Assembly (NCBI GenBank): GCA_964581775.1 | Contig: CAZOQA010000001.1 | Span: forward strand, 38,646 to 102,645 | Direction: 5' to 3' | Length of the DNA: 64,000 nucleotides | From: an uncultured Thermoplasmatales archaeon | GTDB lineage: Archaea; Thermoplasmatota; SW-10-69-26 | Shown here: positions 18,873 to 28,228 of the stretch, piece after piece | Layout of the letters: each line of letters starts with the position of its first letter | Position numbering within the stretch: position 1 is the stretch's first letter | The notes under the pieces: generated by a model | Seen by the model: the letters and a program-made list of their open reading frames with translations, nothing else | Databases searched by the model: none | What the model was told of the DNA's origin: nothing | Position numbers and translations under genes: made by a program

Positions 18873-20527
18873 CGCCTTCCCCGGGTCCCGATGGCAGCGA
18901 AGAGACCCGCAAGCAGCGCGAGGACCAGGCTGGGCGATGACGCCTGTGCGGACGGCTCGCTACCATTCTCGCCCTGGGCTAGCAGGCCAAGCTCGTCTCG
19001 TGTCTCGGCGGGAAGATCCTCGACATCCAGCACGTCCACGAGGGCCTTGGCATCCTCCCGCTCGTCCAGGTTCTCCACCAAGTACGAGCGGGCCGGGTCG
19101 TCCAGGGGGTCCTCGAAGTCCGTGTACGGGACCTCGTCGGCTTGCACGAACGCCTCCCGCATGCCCTCCGTGGCTTTGGCCATCTCCACGGCAGCGTGCG
19201 CGTCCGCCAAGCCGATGCCAGCCTCCCAGTACGCGTAGTCCATCGGTTGCGCCGTCTCCACCAGGATGTCGTAGACCTGCGGCGGACTAAGCTCGGGGTT
19301 CCCATCGTACATGAGCGCGATCACACCGGCCACGCCGGGCGTGCTCATGCTGGTCCCGCTCGCGTACTGGTAGTGCGTGGCCGAGCCCACCGCGTCCACG
19401 TCGCCAGGGTCCTCAGGCCCGTACTGGGGGCCCAAGGCTTGCATCACGCCGTGGTTGCTCTTCGCGGCCATGACGCTTTCACCCTGTGCCGCGATCGTGG
19501 GATGGTCCCAGTAGGTCTCGTTCGTCTCCGGCGGCGAGCCTTGGCTTGAGAAGCTCGCGATGTTGGCCTCGCTGTCGGTGGCCGCGACGGCCACGGTCCA
19601 GGGAAGCACGGCGAGCGGGTTGATGCGGAAATCGTAGGTGCGCTCCTCGTCGGGAGGGCCGTCGTTGCCTGCAGCGAACACGACGCTGATGCCGGCTTTG
19701 TACGTTTCGAGCGTAGCGACGCTGATCGGGTGCTCGGGATCGGGCGTCGTCCCGATGCTCCAGCTGTTCGTGACCACGTCGATGCCGAGCTCGTCCTGCT
19801 TCTCGATCGCGTAGTCGAAGCCTTGCGCGACCTGGAAGGAAAGCGGGTAGGCTCCAAGCGACCATCCGACGATGTTCGTCTCTGGCGCCATCCCGACGTA
19901 CTCTCCGTGGCTTGGGTCTTGCTCGCCGAGGCCTTGACCTGTGCCGGCCACGATGCCGGCCACATGCGTGCCGTGCCCGAACTGGTCGTTGCCTGGCACT
20001 CCCTCCACGTAGTCCCCGGTGGGGACATCCTCGTGGGCGGGGTTGGCGGGTTGCGCGTTCTCGATGACGCGGTCCTGGAGGTCAGGGTGTGTCGCGTCGA
20101 TGCCCGTGTCGATGACGAGCACAGTCGCGTCCGATCCGCGCGTGTCGTGCTCGTTCCAGGCCTTGGGCGCGTTCACGAGCGGGGCCGCCTCGTTCAACTC
20201 GTACTGGATCTCTTCGTTCGGGTACAGGCTCTGGACCCCGTCGAGCGTCGTAAGGCGTTGCACGTCGGTTCGGTCGGCCATCACGTGGCTTATGCCCACG
20301 TTGTGCAGCGTGGCCGGCTCGAAGCCGTGCGCGGCTAGCACCGAGTCGACCCTGTGCGGGTCGGCCTCTCGGTCGTGGACGACGATCACGGGTTCGGGCT
20401 CGTCGCCGATGGCTTCGATGTCCTCGTGAACCCTGACCTCATCGCTCCCGGCCGCGGAGGCAAGGGGCGCGACGAGGAGGGCGAACGCCAGCACCAGGCA
20501 GAAGGGAAGGGACCGCGTCTTCGGCAT
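18869..20527 (-). CDS. Secreted S8 subtilisin-like serine peptidase with C-terminal anchor
   Basis: IDTG, HGTHVAG, AAGN, SGTSMS; signal peptide and prodomain. Confidence 0.94.
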   Translation of the reverse strand: MPKTRSLPFCLVLAFALLVAPLASAAGSDEVRVHEDIEAIGDEPEPVIVVHDREADPHRVDSVLAAHGFEPATLHNVGISHVMADRTDVQRLTTLDGVQSLYPNEEIQYELNEAAPLVNAPKAWNEHDTRGSDATVLVIDTGIDATHPDLQDRVIENAQPANPAHEDVPTGDYVEGVPGNDQFGHGTHVAGIVAGTGQGLGEQDPSHGEYVGMAPETNIVGWSLGAYPLSFQVAQGFDYAIEKQDELGIDVVTNSWSIGTTPDPEHPISVATLETYKAGISVVFAAGNDGPPDEERTYDFRINPLAVLPWTVAVAATDSEANIASFSSQGSPPETNETYWDHPTIAAQGESVMAAKSNHGVMQALGPQYGPEDPGDVDAVGSATHYQYASGTSMSTPGVAGVIALMYDGNPELSPPQVYDILVETAQPMDYAYWEAGIGLADAHAAVEMAKATEGMREAFVQADEVPYTDFEDPLDDPARSYLVENLDEREDAKALVDVLDVEDLPAETRDELGLLAQGENGSEPSAQASSPSLVLALLAGLFAAIGTRGRR

Positions 20528-20648
20528 CAGCTCCGCCTGACCGAGCGTGCGTATGAACGTTATGTCCACGGCGTTGAAACGCGCCGGGGGAGTTTCAACG
20601 ACGTGACCAACACGCTTAGGAGTCCCCGACGAGCCTCATCCCGGCGTC

Positions 20649-21200
20649 ATGGCCACGAGACGTCGTTGGTTTTTGCTTATCGCGCTGGGAAGCCTCATCG
20701 TACTTGCCGGGTGCGTGGGCCTCGGTGACGAGGCCGAGGACTCGCTGGAGACGGCCAGCCAAGAGGAGAGCCCGGAAGAGAGCGAGGTGGAAGCGTGGGC
20801 GGCGAGCGACGAAGCGGAGATGGGGACCCTGGCGGGCGCCAGCTCGGAGGCTGGATGGGTATGGGTGCCCGGCCCGGATCATTGTCACAGGCTCGCGGTC
20901 GAGATCCTGCCGGGCGCTGGGACCGACTCGTTCGCGCTCGACGTGCAGCCCGAACCGGTGGGCAACACCGCCGCTGGTATGTACGCCTCGGTGGCGCTGA
21001 GCAACCCTGACGGTGAGGTCGTGGACGAGCAATCCTGGCCCGACGATGACCTCGTGTTCGAGGTCCAGGACCCGATGGCGGGTCCCTGGATCCTTGAGAT
21101 CCCCCAAGGCGCGGGCGTGGACGCCGCGTGGCCGGTGGATGGGGCGGCAAGCGGGGAAGGCCAGCGTGCACTGGATGCGTTCCTGTTCCAGGACTGTTAG
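20649..21200 (+). CDS. Hypothetical Tat-type lipoprotein
   Basis: MATRRRW...VLAGC lipobox; acidic beta-rich body. Confidence 0.75.
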   Translation: MATRRRWFLLIALGSLIVLAGCVGLGDEAEDSLETASQEESPEESEVEAWAASDEAEMGTLAGASSEAGWVWVPGPDHCHRLAVEILPGAGTDSFALDVQPEPVGNTAAGMYASVALSNPDGEVVDEQSWPDDDLVFEVQDPMAGPWILEIPQGAGVDAAWPVDGAASGEGQRALDAFLFQDC

Positions 21201-21260
21201 CCTCTCCCAAGAAGCATCCGACAGGGTTTTCTACGGGCGTCCGGTACGGGCGGGGTGCTT

Positions 21261-21335
<75 letters not shown>

Positions 21336-21556
21336 TGACGGTTCTCTGGAGGACGCCCCGAGGGATCCCCCTCGTTTGTCTCCATCGAACATTTAGTCCC
21401 TGGAATCGGGCGGCGGCCGGCTGTATAGGGGACCCATATATAGGGGGAGAGCTAGGGGGTCGGTGTTCTACTTCTCGATGCCTGCCGTGCCCGGTGGGGT
21501 TTGAACATGCTCGCGTCGAGCAAGGACCACGTAAGAGGGTGCGTCCCGGTGGACGC

Positions 21557-22099
21557 ATGAGCGAGGCCACGTTCTTCTTCGGCGGCTGGGAGCCGATCGT
21601 GCGCATCCTCGTTGTGGGCACGCTGTTGTACGCGGGGCTTTTGGTGTTGGTTCGCCCGACGGGCGTGCGCACGCTTTCGCGGATGAACGCGTTCGATCTC
21701 GTCATCACCATCGCGCTGGGCGCTGCGTTCGGTCGCGCCCTCACGGCGAGCGGGGTGGCCCTTGCCGAGGCGCTCGTGGCCTTGGCGTTGTTGATCATGT
21801 TGCAGTACGCCGTCTCGTGGGCGCAAAGCCGATGGGCGGGTGTGCGGGGGCTGGTTCGTAGCCCCCCGATGCTCTTGTTCTTCCAGGGGGAGGTTCTGAG
21901 GGATGAGTTGCGTCGCCAGCGGGTCACGGAGTCGGAATTGTTGGAGGCCGTGCGGGAGGAGACGTACGGTTCGCTGGACGACGTGGATGCAATCGTCTTG
22001 GAGTCCGATGGCGAGTTCTCCGTGATCGAGAGGGTCGACGAGGGGGATGCCTTCGAGGCATCCCTCAAGGAGCCCTTGAGGCCCGGGTCGGCGGCGTGA
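21557..22099 (+). CDS. DUF421/YetF family membrane protein
   Basis: G.RTLSRMNAFDLVITIALG and LESDGEFSVI motifs. Confidence 0.9.
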   Translation: MSEATFFFGGWEPIVRILVVGTLLYAGLLVLVRPTGVRTLSRMNAFDLVITIALGAAFGRALTASGVALAEALVALALLIMLQYAVSWAQSRWAGVRGLVRSPPMLLFFQGEVLRDELRRQRVTESELLEAVREETYGSLDDVDAIVLESDGEFSVIERVDEGDAFEASLKEPLRPGSAA

Positions 22100-22153
22100 A
22101 CCGTCAAAGATCCCAGCCAGAACGTTCAAGCTGGGGTCCTGGGGTCACGGGTC

Positions 22154-23068
22154 ATGATACGTTGGATCGGGTGGGGGCTTCTCGTGGCGTGCATCATCGT
22201 CGTGGCGGGCCCTGCGGGCGCGCAGCTCTCGGGGGAGGACCCGGGAAGGATCCACGTGGAGGATGTGCGCATCGAGGATCCGGTCGAGCCGTTGGGCGAA
22301 CCGGCGAAGGCTCTCGCCCAGGTGATCATCCCTTGCGAGGCGGGCGAGGATTCCACCGCGTGGACGAAGGCTCGGTTCACGACGCCCGCGTACACGCGAG
22401 CAAGCGCACCAAGCATCACGAACGAGACATCCCAAACATGCCAAGGGGAGACCGCGGTCGTGCACCTTCCCATCGAGGTCGGGTTCGAGAAGACCGCACC
22501 CGCCTTCGATCCCGTCACCGCGAGTCTGCACGTGACGGTGCAAAAGAACCACACGGACGGGGAGACGACCCGGTTCGATCCCGCCAAGGCAAGCCTGAGC
22601 GCGACGCCCGGATATTTCAGCCTCTTCAACGCGCAAATGAGCGACAAGACGATCCAGGCGGGCCCCCAGGAAGCAGCCCGCTACGACATCCTCATCGAGA
22701 ACTACAGCAACGGGCTGACCCGGTTCGAGTTCGAGTTCGCCCACGAGGAAGGCATCCCCCAGGGCTTCAACCCGATCCTCCCGGAGCCTTTGCTGCTCCC
22801 GGGCGCGACCTCGGAGGACGAACCCACGACGGAGACGGTCACGTTCGTCGTGTACACGCCCTTCTACAACGGGTACGTCAACGAGAACGCGGCGATCACC
22901 TTCCAGATCGACACGGCGTTCGCAGAGGACCAAGCCTTCACCGGCGAGAACGCAACGCTCACCACGCTCACGAACGTGCAAGGGCTCCACGTGCCCACCC
23001 CGGCCTCCCTGACGCTCTTGGCCCTCGCCGCAGCGAGCGCCGCGGGGACGCTCGCGAGGAGACCCTGA
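22154..23068 (+). CDS. Secreted Ig-like surface protein with C-terminal sorting-type tail
   Basis: Signal peptide; beta-rich body; tail VPTPASLTLLALAAASAAGTLARRP. Confidence 0.75.
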   Translation: MIRWIGWGLLVACIIVVAGPAGAQLSGEDPGRIHVEDVRIEDPVEPLGEPAKALAQVIIPCEAGEDSTAWTKARFTTPAYTRASAPSITNETSQTCQGETAVVHLPIEVGFEKTAPAFDPVTASLHVTVQKNHTDGETTRFDPAKASLSATPGYFSLFNAQMSDKTIQAGPQEAARYDILIENYSNGLTRFEFEFAHEEGIPQGFNPILPEPLLLPGATSEDEPTTETVTFVVYTPFYNGYVNENAAITFQIDTAFAEDQAFTGENATLTTLTNVQGLHVPTPASLTLLALAAASAAGTLARRP

Positions 23069-23150
23069 ACGGGAACGGCCTATGACATGTCGGTGAAGGA
23101 GAGGGCCCAAGAAAGCCCCGGTCCATGACTCTAGGCACGCTCTTGCACGC

Positions 23151-23876
23151 TTGGAGGATCCTCTCCTGTCGCTCGCGACCGTCCTTCTGTTCTCGGGCAT
23201 CGCCGGCATCGCGATCCCCATCGGTGCAGGGATCGCGTACCTCGAAGAGGACGAGGTCCAAGAGGAGCCTCGGAACCTCCATGGGGCGGTCATCGCGTTC
23301 GGCGGAGGCATCCTCCTTGGAGCGATCACGTTCGAGCTGGTGCCCATCGGGGAGCGGGCCCTATCGGTGCCATGGGTCGTCGGGGCCGTGGCGGCGGGCA
23401 CGGTCGTGATCATGCTCCTCGATGAGGTCATCAAGGCGTACGGAGGCTCCAAAGCTCAGATGCTGGCCATGATGATCGATTTCCTCCCCGAGGCCCTCGC
23501 TTTTGGGGCCCTATTCGGGGGTGAGACGATCGAGGGGCGGGCGTTCGCCGTGTTGATCGCCCTCCAGAACCTTCCGGAGGCGTACGGTAGCTTCCAGGAG
23601 ATGAAGACCTCTTCCGAGATGTCGAACAACGGCATCCTGGCCCGCCTGGCTCCACTAGGCATCCTTGCGCCGGCCGCAGCGGTCCTGGGCTTCTTCTCGC
23701 TGGGGGGGAACGAGGCGGTCGTAGGAACCATCACCTTGTTCGCGGCGGGAGGCATCCTGTACCTCGTGTTCCAAGACATCGCGCCGGACGCGTTCGCGGA
23801 AGGGCACTGGCTGGCCACCTCGACCGTCACGGCCGGGTTCCTGGTCGCGTTCGTGCTGACGAACTTGTTCAGCTGA
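23151..23876 (+). CDS. ZIP family divalent metal transporter
   Basis: FGGGILLGA, DFLPEALAFG, QNLPEA, AAGGILYLVFQDIAP; TTG start. Confidence 0.9.
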   Translation: MEDPLLSLATVLLFSGIAGIAIPIGAGIAYLEEDEVQEEPRNLHGAVIAFGGGILLGAITFELVPIGERALSVPWVVGAVAAGTVVIMLLDEVIKAYGGSKAQMLAMMIDFLPEALAFGALFGGETIEGRAFAVLIALQNLPEAYGSFQEMKTSSEMSNNGILARLAPLGILAPAAAVLGFFSLGGNEAVVGTITLFAAGGILYLVFQDIAPDAFAEGHWLATSTVTAGFLVAFVLTNLFS

Positions 23877-23907
23877 CGCTCCACTGGCGGGCATCTACAC
23901 GGGTCGG

Positions 23908-24078
23908 TCACCGGTCCTCATCCTCGTGGCGTGGGTTGCGCCACCAGAGGGTTCCGTAGGAGGGACGAAGGGAGCTTTTCTTGCGCCGCGTGCGGATGCG
24001 GTCGATCCATGCGCGGGGCGGGGTGCCCTCGCTGCGTTGCGCGTCTTCGTCCCGCTCGTCTTGACCCCTTCTTGCCAT
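23908..24078 (-). CDS. Possible small hypothetical protein
   Basis: 56-aa ATG ORF in the gap between ZIP and HAD genes; no family recognised. Confidence 0.35.
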   Translation of the reverse strand: MARRGQDERDEDAQRSEGTPPRAWIDRIRTRRKKSSLRPSYGTLWWRNPRHEDEDR

Positions 24079-24201
24079 GATACTACGTGGCAAGCTCTCG
24101 GGTTAAAGGGTTACGCTCCCCGAACCCGTTCGTCCTCCGGATACGAAGGCTCTTTCAATCCGGGCCGGCTGCCTCGTGGACGCGACCGAGGCCCCACCAC
24201 C

Positions 24202-24837
24202 ATGGAGCTGGTCACCTTCGATCTCAACGGGACGCTCCTGCAAGGAAGCATCTTCCGCTACACCGCACGACGCCTCGACAACGGCCACCACGTGGAGGAG
24301 ACCACGCGTCTACACAAGGACGGGCAGATCACGAAGGAGCAGGCGTATCGCCGCAACCATGCCCTCTTCGAAGGGGAAGACCGAGACCAAATCGACGAGA
24401 CCCTCTCCAAGGCCCCCTGGATCGACGCGATCCCCGAGGTCGTCGACGAGCTCCACGACCGTGGCCTCAAGGTCTGGCTCGTCACGGACCAACCCGACTG
24501 GGCCACCCGGCCGCTTCACGAGTGGGGTCTTTCCGAGGGGGTCTTCACGCGCACCCGCATAGACGGGCCCACCATCGGGGGCATCGAGGAGCTCGTGCTG
24601 GCGAAGTGGCCCGCCCTCAAGGCCCGCCTGGAGGCCAAGGGCATCGAGCCCTCGACGGTGTGCCACGTCGGCGACTGGGAGAACGACGTGCCTGTCTTCG
24701 AGAACGTGGGGGCCGGCATCGGCCTCAACCCGGCCGTGCGCGAAGTCGAGGAGGCTGCGGACACGGTCGTGCGCGCCGATTCGCTCGACCGCGTGCTGGC
24801 CGAGATCGATCGGTTCCGGGCCGCGGAGGAAAGTTGA
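24202..24837 (+). CDS. HAD superfamily hydrolase (phosphoserine phosphatase-like)
   Basis: Motif I FDLNGT, motif II T, motif III K, motif IV GDWEND. Confidence 0.85.
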   Translation: MELVTFDLNGTLLQGSIFRYTARRLDNGHHVEETTRLHKDGQITKEQAYRRNHALFEGEDRDQIDETLSKAPWIDAIPEVVDELHDRGLKVWLVTDQPDWATRPLHEWGLSEGVFTRTRIDGPTIGGIEELVLAKWPALKARLEAKGIEPSTVCHVGDWENDVPVFENVGAGIGLNPAVREVEEAADTVVRADSLDRVLAEIDRFRAAEES

Positions 24838-25135
24838 AACTTTCCAAAGAAAAAACAGCTTTCGCCAGAAAGCCATAACTCCTCTAACAAGGGAATACCT
24901 GATCGAACAAGAACCTGTAGCTTGAGCCGAGGAACAACCTTTCACTTAATACTTTCCTTAGGGTGGACGGGTTCTTCCTTCATGTAGGCAGCGCCGGTGT
25001 CGGGGCGCGGAGCGAGAGACGTTGCATCCAACACCACCGCGCCACGGGAGACCCCCCCAAGGGCTCTCCCACCTGGCATCCAACGCTCTGCGAACCAGAA
25101 CACCACACCGAAGCAGGCACGCGGGGGCCCCCGCG

Positions 25136-26374
25136 ATGACGCTCAAAGGCCCCCTCGCCCTGATCCTCAGCGCGCTCATGCTGACCGTCGCCGGGACCAG
25201 CGGGCTGGCCTCGGCAGGCCACCAGGACGACGCCATGCGGTTCGGCATGTACGAAGGCGCCCTCGAGGCCCAGGACGACGCGGGGGTACCCCCCGACTAC
25301 GCCTCCTTCTGGATCGGACCCTGGACGCTTGAACACGGCTGGAACGGCCCCGCCCAAGCCATGGAGGACATCCACGACGCCGGCGCCACGCCCGCCGTGC
25401 ACCTCTACTACTGGGGCGACGACATCAGCCCCCGATGCGTAGAGAACGGATGCAGCAGCGACCTCCACGGACTCGACAAGACCCCGCACGGCTGGCAACA
25501 GCTCGTCGACGAGTTCGTCGACGTCCTCGACGAACGCATGGACGGCGAACCCGTCGTCGTGTTCCTCGAGACCGAGTTCAACAAGAACGGCATCGAGACG
25601 CACGAACCCTTCGACGACGAGCTCGCCGAGAAGATCTCCTACATCCAAGACGAGTACCCCGCCGCGGAAGTCGTGCTCCCCTTCGGCAACTGGGGCCACG
25701 GCGCCTGGGGGACCTTCGACGAAGCCGCCGACGCCGCCGACTACATCGGCGTCCAAGGCATGGCCGCGTCCACGCAGGACGGCCACGACACGTACCGAAG
25801 CCTGTACGAGGACGTGCTCGAAGGCGCCGAAACCGCGAACGACCTGTTCGACCAGGACGTGTTCGTCACGGACGTCGCGCTATCCAGCTTCCCCGAACCC
25901 GCCTACCGCGCGCACCAAGCCCACGAGCTTGGCGAGTTCTTCGATGGAACAGACGAGCTCAAAGACGCAGGCGTGCACGCGATGATCTACCGCTCCTGGA
26001 CCGACACCCCCGGCATGGATCCGAACAACTACTACGGGGAAGCCGAGCGGTACTGGGGCCTGATCGACAAGGACGGCGACGCCAAACCCGCCGGCGAGGT
26101 CTGGATCAACGGCGTCCAGGACGAACGGACCCTGACCGCTGACTTCGAGACAGGCCAATGGGCTGGCCACTGGTGGGTGGAGGTCACCGTCGACGCCACC
26201 ACGCCCGTCGACGAGGTCCAAGTCAAGATCGACGGGGACGACTGGGAGACCCTCGAACCCACCGACTGGGGCACCCACGCCAAAAGCCTCCCCGCCCCCG
26301 ACGGCTCCACCGTGCAATACCGCGTCGTCGACGCCTACGGGCAAACCACTACCTCCACGACTGAAACGTGGTAG
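25136..26374 (+). CDS. Secreted glycoside hydrolase-like protein (clan GH-A/GH26-like) with aromatic C-terminal binding module
   Basis: Signal peptide; YYWGD, ETEFN and W-rich barrel; C-terminal WWVEV...WETLEPTDWG module. Confidence 0.6.
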   Translation: MTLKGPLALILSALMLTVAGTSGLASAGHQDDAMRFGMYEGALEAQDDAGVPPDYASFWIGPWTLEHGWNGPAQAMEDIHDAGATPAVHLYYWGDDISPRCVENGCSSDLHGLDKTPHGWQQLVDEFVDVLDERMDGEPVVVFLETEFNKNGIETHEPFDDELAEKISYIQDEYPAAEVVLPFGNWGHGAWGTFDEAADAADYIGVQGMAASTQDGHDTYRSLYEDVLEGAETANDLFDQDVFVTDVALSSFPEPAYRAHQAHELGEFFDGTDELKDAGVHAMIYRSWTDTPGMDPNNYYGEAERYWGLIDKDGDAKPAGEVWINGVQDERTLTADFETGQWAGHWWVEVTVDATTPVDEVQVKIDGDDWETLEPTDWGTHAKSLPAPDGSTVQYRVVDAYGQTTTSTTETW

Positions 26375-26501
26375 GCTCCCCTCCCCACCCCGGTGTCTAA
26401 CGACGCCGGGGCACGGTCTTCTTTTCTCCACATCTCCCTTGGACGGCAGACCAAGAGAGCTTCCGGAACGCTTACGAACCTCATCCAGAGAGCCCTAACG
26501 G

Positions 26502-27356
26502 ATGGGGTACGCCCTGCGCTGCCTGGAAGCCGTAGGCCGCCTCTACTGGTCCAATGCAGGCTATCGAACCCCCGAGCAGCTCCGACGCTCCTCACGCACG
26601 GATCCTCAGCAAAGCGCCATCCACCTGCTCGAGACGGCCTACCAGGGACCAGGCACCGCGAGCCTCGTCGAGGTCACCCAAGACCTCCTCGGCGACGCCG
26701 ACCCACCGCTCGACGCCCACGCCACCTGGGAGGCCTTCCTCCGGCGCACCGAGCACGACGACGTCGACGCGCCCCGGCCCGAACGCAACCCCCTGCGCAA
26801 GCGAACCGACCAGGACACCTCCCTCATCGATCTCGTCCAGACCCACGGCAACCTCTTCGACTGGGCCCGACGCGCCGCCGAACTCGGAGACCCCCCGCTG
26901 AAAGTCCACGGGGAGATCACCAAGGTGCACGGCATCGGGCTCACGAGCGGCGCCCGCTTCACCCGCGACATCTGGACCGCCTTCGGGTCCGAGGTCCCCC
27001 CGGAGCAAGCTCCGTACGTGCACCCGATCGACCGCTGGACCGCGAAGGCAGCCGAGCACCTGCTGGACGGATCGCTGCCCGGTTCCAAGCAAGATACCGC
27101 GCGGGCCCTCCACGCCGAAGCCACCCACGCCCGAACCGACCCCCTGCTCGTCAACGCGGGGGTCTGGATGCTCGGCGAGCGGCTCGTCAAGGACGAACAT
27201 CAGTTCCTCGACTTGCTCGATGGTCAGGGCTGGGAGGCCTTGCTCCGGGAAGAGGCTCTCAAGGTCAAGGTCCTCGCCGACGAGCTCGGGCGGGCTGTTG
27301 ACGCGGCTACCCGGCACGACAACGAAGACCCCTCCCCCGCGGCGGCGACCGTCTAG
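26502..27356 (+). CDS. HhH-GPD-like putative DNA glycosylase
   Basis: ITKVHGIG..SGARFTRD hairpin and HPIDRW motif. Confidence 0.5.
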   Translation: MGYALRCLEAVGRLYWSNAGYRTPEQLRRSSRTDPQQSAIHLLETAYQGPGTASLVEVTQDLLGDADPPLDAHATWEAFLRRTEHDDVDAPRPERNPLRKRTDQDTSLIDLVQTHGNLFDWARRAAELGDPPLKVHGEITKVHGIGLTSGARFTRDIWTAFGSEVPPEQAPYVHPIDRWTAKAAEHLLDGSLPGSKQDTARALHAEATHARTDPLLVNAGVWMLGERLVKDEHQFLDLLDGQGWEALLREEALKVKVLADELGRAVDAATRHDNEDPSPAAATV

Positions 27357-27433
27357 GCCACCGACCCGGAGGCCCCTAAGAGCCTTAAGAAGAAGGAGAC
27401 GGCGAGGGGTGTCCCTCGCCATCGCGTCCTGGC

Positions 27434-28036
27434 CTACTCGAACCGGGAGACGGCCTGCTTGTAGCGGGCCCGGGGCGTCTCCCAATCCACGACGTTGAAG
27501 AAGGCCTCGATGAAGTCGCCTCGATCGGGCCCGTAGTCGTGGTAGTAGGAGTGCTCCCACACGTCGAGAGCCAGAATCGGGTGCGCGCCCCAGACGGCGC
27601 CTTGGTCGTGCTTGTCGACGACCACGTTGCGTAGCTGGTTCGAGAAGGAATCGTACACGAGGAGCGCCCAGCCGCTTGCTTCCTTCGCGGCGGCCTCGAA
27701 CTCGGCCCGCCAGGCTTCGTAGCTGCCGAAGTCTTCTTCGATGCGGTCCGCGAGGGCTCCGGTTGCCTGGCTTCCCCCGTCGGGGCTCATGCAGTGCCAG
27801 AACAGAGCGTGGAGGATGTGGCCGCTTCCGTTGTGCGTGACGCTCCGAAGCGCTTTGCCGGTGGATGCGTGGTCACCGTTTCCACGGTTCGTGGCGAGCG
27901 TCTCCTCGGCAGCGTTCCAGCCGTTCACGTAGCCTTGGTGGTGGACATCGTGGTGCCATCGGAGCACTTGCTCGCTGATGTGGGGCTCGAGCGCGTCGTA
28001 GTCGTAGGGAAGCTCGTCGAGCTCGTAGTCGGGCAT
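27434..28036 (-). CDS. sod: Fe/Mn superoxide dismutase (haloarchaeal-type)
   Basis: LPYDYDALEP, WHHDVHH, HILH, DVWEHSYY. Confidence 0.97.
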   Translation of the reverse strand: MPDYELDELPYDYDALEPHISEQVLRWHHDVHHQGYVNGWNAAEETLATNRGNGDHASTGKALRSVTHNGSGHILHALFWHCMSPDGGSQATGALADRIEEDFGSYEAWRAEFEAAAKEASGWALLVYDSFSNQLRNVVVDKHDQGAVWGAHPILALDVWEHSYYHDYGPDRGDFIEAFFNVVDWETPRARYKQAVSRFE

Positions 28037-28228
28037 GCGGATCAGCCTGGCGGCCCACGCGGGCGGAGGTTATAGTTGTGCCTGAAGATGCTAGGGCATC
28101 CCGCGGTGGGGGGCTTGAGGGTGGGAAGGGAAAAAGGAAGCCTTACCCGGCGCCGGTGCGGAGTGTGAGTCATGGGGGGTCTCTCAAAGGGGTCGGCGCC
28201 GGGTACGGCCTGAAGCGTGCCTCGGTGT

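Noticed and set aside
21336..24200. Genomic island integrated at tRNA-Arg
   Set aside because: No integrase, and I found no direct repeat of the tRNA 3' end by eye
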